This document shows, in pieces, positions 1 through 8,255 of a stretch of DNA of 64,000 bases (its first letter is position 1; each line of letters begins with the position of its first letter). The position numbers and the translations under genes were made by a program. Source of the DNA: Candidatus Udaeobacter sp. (GTDB lineage: Bacteria; Patescibacteriota; Patescibacteriia; Magasanikbacterales; GWA2-37-8); the NCBI GenBank assembly GCA_035473115.1, contig DATION010000002.1:9469-73468 (forward strand), read 5' to 3'. Under the pieces are notes generated by a model. That model made no database searches, was not told the DNA's origin, and was given only the letters and a program-made list of their open reading frames with translations.

Positions 1-957
1 ATTGGTGAAACAATTGCTGATTTAAATAATCCAATTGCTTTACCGTTGTTAAAAGTTGAAGAACCGACTGTAAAAATGACTTTTTCCGTTAATGATTCGC
101 CATTTGCCGGTAAAGAAGGCCAGTTTACAACTTCCAGACAAATTAGAGAAAGATTAATGAAAGAATTAGAGACCGATATGGCTCTAAGAGTGGAAGATAG
201 CGACGAAGGTGGTTGGATCGTTTCCGGTCGTGGTGAGTTGCATTTGGCAATTTTAATTGAACGTTTGCGTCGTGAAGGTTATGAATTGCAAGTTTCTCGT
301 CCACAAGTTATAGTTAAAGAAATTGATGGCCAAAAAATGACTCCTTATGAACAGGTATTTATTGAAGTTCCGGAAGCTCATTCCGGATCGGTAATTCAAA
401 AATTAGGCAGCCGGCATGGTGAAATGCGAGAAATGAGAACTGAAAACGGCATTGTTTTCTTAGAATTTATTATTCCGACTCGCGGGTTGTTTGGTTACCG
501 TACTGAATTTTTAACAGATTCTAGAGGATTGGGAATTATCAATACAATTTTTCATCAATATTTACCAGACCCAGGCAATTGGCGCGAACGTGAGCAGGGT
601 TCTTTGGTCGCCCACGAAACTGGTGCCAGTAGTCTATATGGTTTGCTTAACGTGCAAGACAGAGGCGTCATGTTTATTGGTCCGGGTGTGCAGGTTTATA
701 AAGGCCAAGTAGTTGGTCAAAATGCTCGCAGCGAAGATATTAGTGTGAATGTTTGTAAAGAAAAACAGTTATCTAATATGCGTTCTAAAGGTGATGGCAG
801 CGCTGAACATTTTAATACTCCAAAAACAATGGGCTTAGAAGAAGCTTTGGAATATATTGGCGATGATGAATTAGTGGAAATAACTCCAAAAAATGTTAGA
901 ATAAGAAAAGTGGTTTTAGATGAAAATGATGCTCGCCGCAAAGCTAGAGGAATGTAA
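1..957 (+). CDS. typA: GTP-binding protein TypA/BipA, C-terminal part (5' end lies upstream of the window)
   Basis: Frame is open from nt 1; the translated sequence matches the TypA/BipA C-terminal domains (EF-G-like domain plus the TypA-specific C-terminal domain). Listed ORF 46..957 is the internal-Met version. Confidence 0.85.
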   Translation: MGETIADLNNPIALPLLKVEEPTVKMTFSVNDSPFAGKEGQFTTSRQIRERLMKELETDMALRVEDSDEGGWIVSGRGELHLAILIERLRREGYELQVSRPQVIVKEIDGQKMTPYEQVFIEVPEAHSGSVIQKLGSRHGEMREMRTENGIVFLEFIIPTRGLFGYRTEFLTDSRGLGIINTIFHQYLPDPGNWREREQGSLVAHETGASSLYGLLNVQDRGVMFIGPGVQVYKGQVVGQNARSEDISVNVCKEKQLSNMRSKGDGSAEHFNTPKTMGLEEALEYIGDDELVEITPKNVRIRKVVLDENDARRKARGM

Positions 958-1041
958 TTGGCGGCCCCATCGTCTATCAGTTAGGACGTGACCTTCTCAA
1001 GGTCGAAAGACGGGTGCGATTCCCGTTGGGGCTACAAATAA

Positions 1042-1075
1042 AAACACTTCGGTTTATCCGGAGTGTTTTTTATTT
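1042..1075 (+). terminator. Intrinsic terminator after typA
   Basis: Stem AAACACTTCGG / CCGGAGTGTTT (one G-U pair), loop TTTAT, followed by TTTTTTATTTT. Confidence 0.6.
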
Positions 1076-1080
1076 TGCGG

Positions 1081-1109
1081 TTGACAGTAAATATTGCATG
1101 TGTTATACT
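1081..1109 (+). promoter_or_regulatory. Sigma70-like promoter for mntR-mntH
   Basis: TTGACA (1081-1086), 17-nt spacer, TATACT (1104-1109). Confidence 0.55.
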
Positions 1110-1110
1110 T

Positions 1111-1130
1111 TTGTTCGTATATACGAACAA
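1111..1130. promoter_or_regulatory. 20-bp perfect palindrome, candidate MntR/DtxR operator
   Basis: TTGTTCGTAT|ATACGAACAA lies between the -10 element and the mntR ATG (1137), where it would cover the transcription start. Confidence 0.5.
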
Positions 1131-1136
1131 ATTTGT

Positions 1137-1544
1137 ATGTCTAAAATTACTCAAACGCGGGAAGATTATCTGCGAGCTATATATCGTTTTTCGGAACAAG
1201 GTGTCCATGTTCGTATTATTGATATTGCTAACAATCTTGGCTTAGCTCGTTCAACTGTTTCGGAAAGAATAAAAGATTTACAATTGGCAAAACTTGTTAA
1301 GCCAAATCAAAATGAGGGGATTGTGCTTACTCCAAAAGGCGATTTGCTAGGACGGCAGCTTACTTATAAGCATCGGCTTATTGAAGTTTTTCTTAATAAA
1401 ACTTTAGGTATTGATGCTAAAAAAGTCCATGCCGAAGCGCACAAACTGGAGCATGCTTTTTCCGATGAGGTAATTGGCAGGCTGGCAAAATTTTTGGGAA
1501 ACCCAACTCAAGATCCACATGGAGAAAAAATTATTAAAGCTTAA
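1137..1544 (+). CDS. mntR: DtxR/MntR family metal-dependent transcriptional repressor
   Basis: N-terminal winged HTH (REDYLRAIY...LARSTVSERIKDL) plus a metal-binding dimerisation region. The ATG at 1137 is preferred over the ORF-track start at 1014, which would run through the promoter. Confidence 0.8.
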   Translation: MSKITQTREDYLRAIYRFSEQGVHVRIIDIANNLGLARSTVSERIKDLQLAKLVKPNQNEGIVLTPKGDLLGRQLTYKHRLIEVFLNKTLGIDAKKVHAEAHKLEHAFSDEVIGRLAKFLGNPTQDPHGEKIIKA

Positions 1545-1547
1545 TTT

Positions 1548-2921
1548 ATGAATCAAGCAGAAGAAAAAATAGATTTAACTACTCAAGGTTGGAGATTAAA
1601 AAATAATACTCCCAGTCTTTCCGAAGTTCATCGCAGTATTTCTATTCCCAAGGGAATAAAGTTTTGGCAGAAAATGTTGGCTTTTGCCGGGCCAGGTTAT
1701 CTGGTTGCGGTTGGTTATATGGATCCGGGGAATTGGGCAACGGATTTGGCCGGCGGATCTCACTTTGGCTATACTTTGCTAAGTGTTATTCTTATTTCCA
1801 ATTTAATGGCGATTTTATTGCAATCTTTGGCAGCTAAATTAGGAATTGTGACCGGCAGAGATTTAGCGCAAGCATGCCGAGATCACTATTCTAAACCGAT
1901 TGCCTTTTGTCTTTGGGTTTTATGCGAGATTGCTATTATTGCTTGTGATTTAGCAGAAGTTATCGGTTCAGCCATCGCGCTTAATTTACTTTTTAAAATC
2001 CCTTTGATTTTGGGAGTCTGCATAACGGCGCTTGATGTTTTGCTTATTTTATTTTTGCAAAATAAAGGCTTTAGGTACATTGAAGCTTTGGTAATTGCTC
2101 TAATTGCCACGATTGCCGTCGCTTTTGGTGCGGAAATTATTTTTTCTCATGCCAATTTGGCCGGAGTCATGTCTGGATTTATACCGAGTTTTGAAATTAT
2201 CAAAAATAAAGAGATGCTGTTTATCGCCATTGGTATTTTGGGCGCAACAGTGATGCCGCATAATTTATATTTGCATTCTTCAATTGTGCAGACTCGCCAG
2301 TTTGAAACTGATTCCGAAGGTAAGAGAGAAGCAATTAAATTTGCCACTATCGATTCAACTGTAGCGCTTACTTTTGCCTTATTTGTTAATGCTGCTATTT
2401 TAATTGTTTCGGCCGCCACCTTTTTTACTACCGGACAGCATGAAGTTGCTGAAATTGGCGATGCTTATCGTTTGTTATCACCAACACTCGGTGTCGGCGT
2501 GGCCAGTATTTTATTTGCGGTAGCCTTGCTTGCTTCTGGGTTAAATTCCACATTTACCGGCACTCTTGCTGGTCAAATTGTGATGGAAGGTTTTTTACAG
2601 ATTCGCCTAAAGCCTTGGTTGCGCCGTTTGATTACTCGGTTGATGGCCATTGTCCCGGCAGTAATTGTAGTGGCGCTGTATGGTTCAAGCGGCACTGCTA
2701 AACTGCTTATCTTGAGTCAGGTTGTGCTTAGTCTGCAATTATCTTTTGCGGTTGTGCCTCTTATTTTGTTTACTAGTGATAAAAATAAAATGGGTGAGTT
2801 TGCCAATTCTTGGTGGATAAAATCTTTAGCTTGGATTGTTGGCATTGTAATAATAATTTTAAATACCAAATTACTTCTTGATTTTTTTGGCATTACCAGC
2901 TTTGTTACTAGTTTATTTTAA
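1548..2921 (+). CDS. mntH: NRAMP family divalent metal (Mn2+/Fe2+) transporter
   Basis: Nramp signature [24 protein letters not shown]; polytopic membrane protein; starts 4 nt after mntR. Confidence 0.9.
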   Translation: MNQAEEKIDLTTQGWRLKNNTPSLSEVHRSISIPKGIKFWQKMLAFAGPGYLVAVGYMDPGNWATDLAGGSHFGYTLLSVILISNLMAILLQSLAAKLGIVTGRDLAQACRDHYSKPIAFCLWVLCEIAIIACDLAEVIGSAIALNLLFKIPLILGVCITALDVLLILFLQNKGFRYIEALVIALIATIAVAFGAEIIFSHANLAGVMSGFIPSFEIIKNKEMLFIAIGILGATVMPHNLYLHSSIVQTRQFETDSEGKREAIKFATIDSTVALTFALFVNAAILIVSAATFFTTGQHEVAEIGDAYRLLSPTLGVGVASILFAVALLASGLNSTFTGTLAGQIVMEGFLQIRLKPWLRRLITRLMAIVPAVIVVALYGSSGTAKLLILSQVVLSLQLSFAVVPLILFTSDKNKMGEFANSWWIKSLAWIVGIVIIILNTKLLLDFFGITSFVTSLF

Positions 2922-2999
2922 CTCTTCATTTAGGATTGACTAAAATGCAATTTGGTGGTTAGATGATTGGACGAAACAAACTAACAACAGGAGAGAGCC

Positions 3000-3476
3000 A
3001 TGCCTCTGATGAGTTCAAGGAAGAAAGTAATGGAGGAGGTAGGGGTTCTTTTCGTTCTTTATGTTGCGGTTGGTTTCACTGCCGAAGCATTATCAACCGG
3101 AATTCGAGATTCCATTGGCGCTATGATCGCCGGGAAGTTTGATCCCACACTTCCTTGTCGGACAAATCTTTGGGTCGTACCGGTCTATGCTTTGTCTGCG
3201 ACAGTGGGCTTCAGTGTACTGGGCGCCTTGTTTCCAAACTTTTTCAGACTACCCTGGCGGGTTCGTGGTCTAGTTTATATGCTGGGCATATACTGTATAG
3301 AATATGTCTGGGCAGTGCTAATCAGGGCAGTTTTTGGGATTGAGGTTTGGGTATATAGCGACTCAGAGTTCAGTGTCTTACGCTATAATAACCCTAACTT
3401 CTTCGCACTTTGGTTTCTGTTTGGTTTTGTGTTAGAGAAAATAAAAACCTCGGTTTTGCCGCGCTTATTGCGCTAG
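3000..3476 (+). CDS. Small polytopic membrane protein, unknown function (GC-rich, foreign-looking)
   Basis: About 4 predicted TM segments; RBS AGGAGAG upstream; GC clearly above the local background. Confidence 0.55.
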   Translation: MPLMSSRKKVMEEVGVLFVLYVAVGFTAEALSTGIRDSIGAMIAGKFDPTLPCRTNLWVVPVYALSATVGFSVLGALFPNFFRLPWRVRGLVYMLGIYCIEYVWAVLIRAVFGIEVWVYSDSEFSVLRYNNPNFFALWFLFGFVLEKIKTSVLPRLLR

Positions 3477-3505
3477 TATATTTTGGCAAAACATTTCAAT
3501 ATCGT

Positions 3506-3546
3506 CCCCGCGTATGCTTTAGCGCTGCGCGGGTGTTGTTTTTTTA
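3506..3546 (+). terminator. Intrinsic terminator
   Basis: CCCCGCG...CGCGGG stem followed by TGTTGTTTTTTT. Confidence 0.5.
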
Positions 3547-3644
3547 AATAAAATAAAAATTTGGAAAATAATAATATTGACAGGACAGTAATTTAATGAT
3601 TAGCTAGAGCCAGGAAAAAACAACCATTAAGGGAGGAGTGTATC

Positions 3645-4409
3645 ATGATGACTTCTAGGTTGCTCGCAGCGGAAACAGTTTCTCAGGTTTTTGATGCCAT
3701 CGGTGCGTTTCCGGATCGCATCAAAGGTGTTGGTGCTGCAGAAGCAGTTCATGTCATTAAGGTTTGTGGTGGGTGGTGGGCCTTTGATGCAAAAAGCGGA
3801 GGGAACCATCCTCAAATAAACGGGATTCACTTTTCTGATTTTATCCATATGGCTCGCGCCATACAGCATCCGCATATCAATGATTTTTTTTCCATGCTGC
3901 TGGTTAGAAAGATTATTCAAAATCTGAACTCTAACCCTGATCAGTATGCTACGAGCTATGTTGTAGCTGCTCTAGATAGAGCCGGAGAGATGCTGGCGCC
4001 TCAAGTTGCGTTTCGTTTACAAAGAGAGTTGTCTGCTTCTGGTTCAGTTGTACAGAGGCCGTTTAGGAGCGATATCTCAGAGCCTATTATTGCAGGAAAA
4101 AAACAAAGAGTGATCTATGTCAGGAGCTTGATTCCTGCATGTGCGGACTTTGATCCGTTTTTGGCACCGCAGCCTGATGGAGCTTTGAAGCCGTTAGTAG
4201 CAGCAGTATTTGACAGAAGAAGGCTGGAGGATGAAGGTTTTTATACTGCCACCGATATTGTATCTTTGGTCAGAAACCAGCTCGTTACTTATAATGTTCA
4301 TGCCGGAGTAGTTTGTCCGCTATGCAAGGCCGGTTCCCTGGCTATTGGTATGAATGGTGTTTATGATAACCCGGAAGTATGGGACAGGCTTACTGGTCGT
4401 AACACCTGA
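3645..4409 (+). CDS. Hypothetical cytoplasmic protein (GC-rich island)
   Basis: 254-aa ORF with a strong RBS GGAGG 8 nt upstream; roughly 50% GC; no recognisable family. Confidence 0.55.
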   Translation: MMTSRLLAAETVSQVFDAIGAFPDRIKGVGAAEAVHVIKVCGGWWAFDAKSGGNHPQINGIHFSDFIHMARAIQHPHINDFFSMLLVRKIIQNLNSNPDQYATSYVVAALDRAGEMLAPQVAFRLQRELSASGSVVQRPFRSDISEPIIAGKKQRVIYVRSLIPACADFDPFLAPQPDGALKPLVAAVFDRRRLEDEGFYTATDIVSLVRNQLVTYNVHAGVVCPLCKAGSLAIGMNGVYDNPEVWDRLTGRNT

Positions 4410-4436
4410 GTCGGTGGTTAGGTTGGTACAAACAAA

Positions 4437-4499
4437 GACCGCCCGCTGATTCGTTAGATTTCTAAATTTAGAAGTTTGGCGAGTCGGGCGGTTTTTTTG
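4437..4499 (+). terminator. Terminator-like hairpin with a large loop
   Basis: GACCGCCCG...CGGGCGGTT followed by TTTTTT; the loop contains the palindrome TCTAAATTTAGA. Confidence 0.4.
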
Positions 4500-4507
4500 T
4501 TCTGCCA

Positions 4508-4536
4508 ATTGACCGTAAAGCTTTTTTCATATACAA
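4508..4536 (+). promoter_or_regulatory. Putative promoter for dus
   Basis: TTGACC, 17-nt spacer, TACAAT. Confidence 0.4.
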
Positions 4537-4549
4537 TGGTGTATTGATA

Positions 4550-4567
4550 ATATATATATATATATAT
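4550..4567. repeat. (AT)9 dinucleotide microsatellite
   Basis: ATATATATATATATATAT read directly from the sequence. Confidence 0.9.
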
Positions 4568-4636
4568 CTACGGATATATTCTCATTCGTTCGAAAATATT
4601 TTAGTAAACTAAATATTTTGCTCACTCATTTCGATT
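4562..4636 (+). promoter_or_regulatory. Conserved ~75-nt leader element, copy A (abuts the dus ATG)
   Basis: Hairpin ATATATC-TACG-GATATAT, then CTCATTCG box, then CACTCATTTCGATT directly before the ATG. Near-identical to 44712-44790. Confidence 0.5.
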
Positions 4637-5695
4637 ATGGTAAATGGATTTTGGAAAAAATTAAAAAAACCGATAATGGTTCTGGCGCCAATGGCTAATG
4701 TCACCGACGCCGCTTTTCGGCGTATCATTGCGAAATACTCAAAATATGGCGGGCAAGATATGGGCGACTGGTCTAAGGAAAGTTTACCCGTCCGAAGCCT
4801 TAGCGAAGGCGGGCCAGATGTAATGTGGACTGAATTTGTGTCTTGTGACGGCTTAATGTCGCCGGGTCAAAAAAAGTTATTGGTAGATTTTATGTATACC
4901 GAAGCCGAGCGTCCGATCGTGGCGCAGATTTTTGGTTCCAAGCCGGAAAATTTTTATAAAACTGCTTTGCTTATCCAAGAGTTAGGTTTTGACGGCATTG
5001 ATATAAATATGGGCTGTCCGGATAAGAATGTAGAAAAACAGGGCGCCGGAGCCTGTCTAATAAAAAATCCTCAGCTAGCTCAAGAAATTATTCGGGAAAC
5101 AAAACGTGGAGCCGGTAAACTGCCGGTTTCAGTTAAAACCAGAATTGGTTATAATAAAAATTCTCTTAGTGAATGGTTGCCGGCATTGCTGGAAACCGAA
5201 CCCGCAGCCATTACCATCCATGCACGCACACGCAAAGAGTTATCTTTAGTTCCGGCCAAATGGGAAACAGTTGCCGATGCGGTGCGTATTCGTGATAGTT
5301 ATGATAGTTCGGAAAATAAAACTTTGATTTTAGGAAATGGGGACGTAAAAGATTTGGCTGATGCGGCAGAAAAAATAAAAATTAGCGGCGCCGACGGGGT
5401 AATGATCGGACGGGGTATTTTTGGTAATCCTTGGCTGTTTAATCCTGCCGTTGATTATGCCAAAATTCCAATTGAAGAAAAATTAAAAGTGATGGTTGAG
5501 CATACTTATTTGTTTGAAAAACTTCTGGTAGAGCACAAAAGTTTTGATATCATGAAAAAACACTACAAAGCCTATGTTAATGGCTTTGACGGCGCCAAAG
5601 AACTTCGTATTCAGTTGATGGAAGGAGCTAAAACTGCAGGTGATGTAGAAAATATTGTCACAATTTTTTTAGAGAAATTAAAAATATCTCAATAA
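4637..5695 (+). CDS. dus: tRNA-dihydrouridine synthase
   Basis: LAPMANVTDAAFR N-terminus and a TIM-barrel Dus family profile with a conserved Cys (NMGCP). Confidence 0.85.
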   Translation: MVNGFWKKLKKPIMVLAPMANVTDAAFRRIIAKYSKYGGQDMGDWSKESLPVRSLSEGGPDVMWTEFVSCDGLMSPGQKKLLVDFMYTEAERPIVAQIFGSKPENFYKTALLIQELGFDGIDINMGCPDKNVEKQGAGACLIKNPQLAQEIIRETKRGAGKLPVSVKTRIGYNKNSLSEWLPALLETEPAAITIHARTRKELSLVPAKWETVADAVRIRDSYDSSENKTLILGNGDVKDLADAAEKIKISGADGVMIGRGIFGNPWLFNPAVDYAKIPIEEKLKVMVEHTYLFEKLLVEHKSFDIMKKHYKAYVNGFDGAKELRIQLMEGAKTAGDVENIVTIFLEKLKISQ

Positions 5696-5780
5696 GTTGG
5701 TATTATTTTTACAGCGACCATCCCACCCTCAAGAGGGCGGCCTGCAAGGTCGTTTGGTCGCAAGAAAATAATACCAACTT
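5694..5780. repeat. AT-rich 16-bp perfect hairpin with conserved GC-rich core (family copy 1)
   Basis: Arms AAGTTGGTATTATTTT / AAAATAATACCAACTT enclose the core ...GCGACCATCCCACC...TTTGGTCGCAAG. Confidence 0.6.
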
Positions 5781-5817
5781 ATTGTTTTTTTTACTTGTTA
5801 AGGCTAATATATAATGT

Positions 5818-6921
5818 ATGGAATTCAGTTATAAGTTTTATAATACTACAGCTTTAGCCTGGGAGGGGATGCGCCAGGCAATTTCGGTTGCCAAAGAATC
5901 AATTTATTGGGAAATTTTTACTCTGGCCGACGACATATCCGGCAAGCCCTTTATAGATTTGTTATGCGCCAAAGCTCGTGGCGGTCTGGATGTTAAACTG
6001 ATCGTCGACGCGTTTGGCAGTTTTTATTTATCCAAAGAGGCTACCAGTCGCTTAAAAAATTCCGGCGTTAAATTTTTAGTTTTTCATAACTTTCGCCCGG
6101 AGATCGCTTTGCAAAATTGGTGGCGCCGAGTTTGGCATCGTACGCACCGCAAAGTTATGATTATTGATAAAGAAATTATTTTTATCGGTGGTGTTAATGT
6201 GTCTGATCATTCTGCCAGCTGGCAAGATCTGCATTTGCGTTTGACAGGCAAAATAGCCTTGCCTATTTTGTTTAATTTTGCGAGGTCGTATATTATGGCC
6301 GGCGGAGATAAAAAAGATGTGCAAAATTTATTACGGCCAAATTTTTTACCAAGCTTTAGTGATGTGAGGGAAAAAATAAGTTTAATTATTAATTCTCCTT
6401 TGCGTACCACCAACCGCTCACCATTTAAAAATTTTTATAAAACAGCCTTAAGCACTGCCAAAGAAAAGTTTAACCTTCTCACTCCGTATTATGTACCGGA
6501 TAAACATTTTTTGGATTTGGTATCCCGCGCCAAAAATCGCGGTGTGAATATCAATATCATTATGCCTTGGAGAAGCGATGAACGCATCATGCGTTATTTT
6601 GCTTCTATGCTTTATGGAGTTTCGGCCAAAGCCGGAGCAGTTTTTTATTTTTTAAAAAAAATGAATCATGGCAAGGCGGTGAGTGTGGATAATAAATTGG
6701 GAATGGTGGGCAGTGCCAACTTAACTCCGCGCAGTTTTTATATCAATCATGAAGCCGGAGTAACTTTTGCCCAAGAACGGATGGTAGAAGATCTGAATAA
6801 TATTTTGGATGAGTGGAAAAAAGAAACTGTACCGTTGGCTGATTTTGGCTTTGGCAATAGAACCGGTTGGTATCGCAGATTTAAAGATTGGTGGATGAAC
6901 AAATTACGTGATTATGTTTAG
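5818..6921 (+). CDS. cls: Phospholipase D family protein (cardiolipin synthase-like)
   Basis: Two HKD motifs: HRKVMIID and HGKAVSVD...GSANL. Confidence 0.8.
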   Translation: MEFSYKFYNTTALAWEGMRQAISVAKESIYWEIFTLADDISGKPFIDLLCAKARGGLDVKLIVDAFGSFYLSKEATSRLKNSGVKFLVFHNFRPEIALQNWWRRVWHRTHRKVMIIDKEIIFIGGVNVSDHSASWQDLHLRLTGKIALPILFNFARSYIMAGGDKKDVQNLLRPNFLPSFSDVREKISLIINSPLRTTNRSPFKNFYKTALSTAKEKFNLLTPYYVPDKHFLDLVSRAKNRGVNINIIMPWRSDERIMRYFASMLYGVSAKAGAVFYFLKKMNHGKAVSVDNKLGMVGSANLTPRSFYINHEAGVTFAQERMVEDLNNILDEWKKETVPLADFGFGNRTGWYRRFKDWWMNKLRDYV

Positions 6922-6991
6922 TTAGTGCTGGACATTTTTGGAGCAGGTGGTAGTATTTAATAATCATCTAATTTATTTATTTAACTTACTT

Positions 6992-8227
6992 ATGATTAAT
7001 AACGACCCGTTTCTTGGCGCTTTAAAACAGCTGGAAAAATTAAAAAATCTAGTCAATTTGGAAGATAATATTTACGAACAATTAAAATCTCCGCAGAAAT
7101 TTTTGGAAGTGTCTATTCCGGTAAAAATGGATAATGGCAAAATTAAAGTTTTTAAAGGTTTTCGTTCCCAGTTTAATAACGCTCGCGGCCCATACAAAGG
7201 CGGTATTCGTTTCCACCCGCAAGTAAATGAATCAGAAGTAAAAGCTTTGAGTATGTGGATGGCACTCAAAACAGCTGTGGTTGGTATTCCGCTAGGGGGC
7301 GGCAAGGGCGGTGTAATAGTTAACCCAAAAGAATTATCTGCCGCAGAATTAGAAAAATTATCTCGCGGTTATATCGCGGCTATTTATAAATTAATCGGAC
7401 CAACAGTAGATGTGCCAGCGCCGGATGTTTATACTGATCCAAAAATAATGGGCTGGATGCTTGATGAATATGAAAAATTAACTGGTGGCGGCAATCCGGG
7501 AGTTATCACCGGCAAACCGCTGAGCATCGGCGGTTCCAAAGCCCGCGGTTATTCTACTGCTCAAGGCGGTTTTTATGCTTTGCAAGAAGCGGTGAAAAAA
7601 ATTAATTTGGCAAATTTACGAGTAGCCGTACAAGGTTTTGGCAATGCTGGTGCCACTATGGCCAAAATTGTTGCCGAAAATGGCTATAAAGTTGTAGCTG
7701 TTTCCGATTCCAAAGGTGGAATATATCAAGCCGATGGTTTAGAAATAGAAAAATTATTTGCTCATAAAGAAAGTTCAGGGTCAGTAGTGAATTTTGCTGG
7801 CTCAACAAATATTGGTGAAGATATTTTGTCTCAGGATGTTGATGTTTTGGTTTTGGCAGCTCTGGAAAATAGTATTACCGCAGATAATGCCAATAAAATA
7901 AAAGCTAAATTAATCATTGAGTTAGCTAATGGCCCTATAACTCAGGAAGGTGATGAGGTTTTAACTAAAGCCGGCGTGGTCGTGGTGCCAGATATTTTGG
8001 CCAATGCCGGAGGAGTGGCTGTTAGTTATTTTGAACAAGTGCAAAATGCGTATGGATATTATTGGGAAGAAGCAGATGTTTTGGAAAAATTAGAAAAAAT
8101 AATGATTTCGTCTTTTGCCGAAGTCTGGAATAGAAAAGAAAAATATAATAGTGATATGCGTATGGGCGCATATGCTTTGGCCATAGAACGAATCGCTCAA
8201 GCAATTAAAGACAGAGGTAGTTTTTAG
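6992..8227 (+). CDS. gdhA: Glutamate dehydrogenase (Glu/Leu/Phe/Val dehydrogenase family)
   Basis: KGGIRFHP and GGGKGG motifs with an NAD(P) Rossmann fold (GFGNAG). ATG 6992 is preferred over the TTG at 6938. Confidence 0.85.
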   Translation: MINNDPFLGALKQLEKLKNLVNLEDNIYEQLKSPQKFLEVSIPVKMDNGKIKVFKGFRSQFNNARGPYKGGIRFHPQVNESEVKALSMWMALKTAVVGIPLGGGKGGVIVNPKELSAAELEKLSRGYIAAIYKLIGPTVDVPAPDVYTDPKIMGWMLDEYEKLTGGGNPGVITGKPLSIGGSKARGYSTAQGGFYALQEAVKKINLANLRVAVQGFGNAGATMAKIVAENGYKVVAVSDSKGGIYQADGLEIEKLFAHKESSGSVVNFAGSTNIGEDILSQDVDVLVLAALENSITADNANKIKAKLIIELANGPITQEGDEVLTKAGVVVVPDILANAGGVAVSYFEQVQNAYGYYWEEADVLEKLEKIMISSFAEVWNRKEKYNSDMRMGAYALAIERIAQAIKDRGSF

Positions 8228-8255
8228 CTGCTACTTGTGGTATAATCTATCTCAT

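Noticed and set aside
963-1034. Calling the cloverleaf a bona fide tRNA-Glu(CUC) gene
   Set aside because: The T-loop (TGCGATT) and D-loop lack the universal T54-Psi55-C56 and G18-G19 elements, so it is reported only as tRNA-like in the findings.
6938-6991. TTG start at 6938 for the glutamate dehydrogenase gene
   Set aside because: The N-terminal extension is hydrophobic and unlike GDH, and the ATG at 6992 gives a canonical GDH N-terminus.
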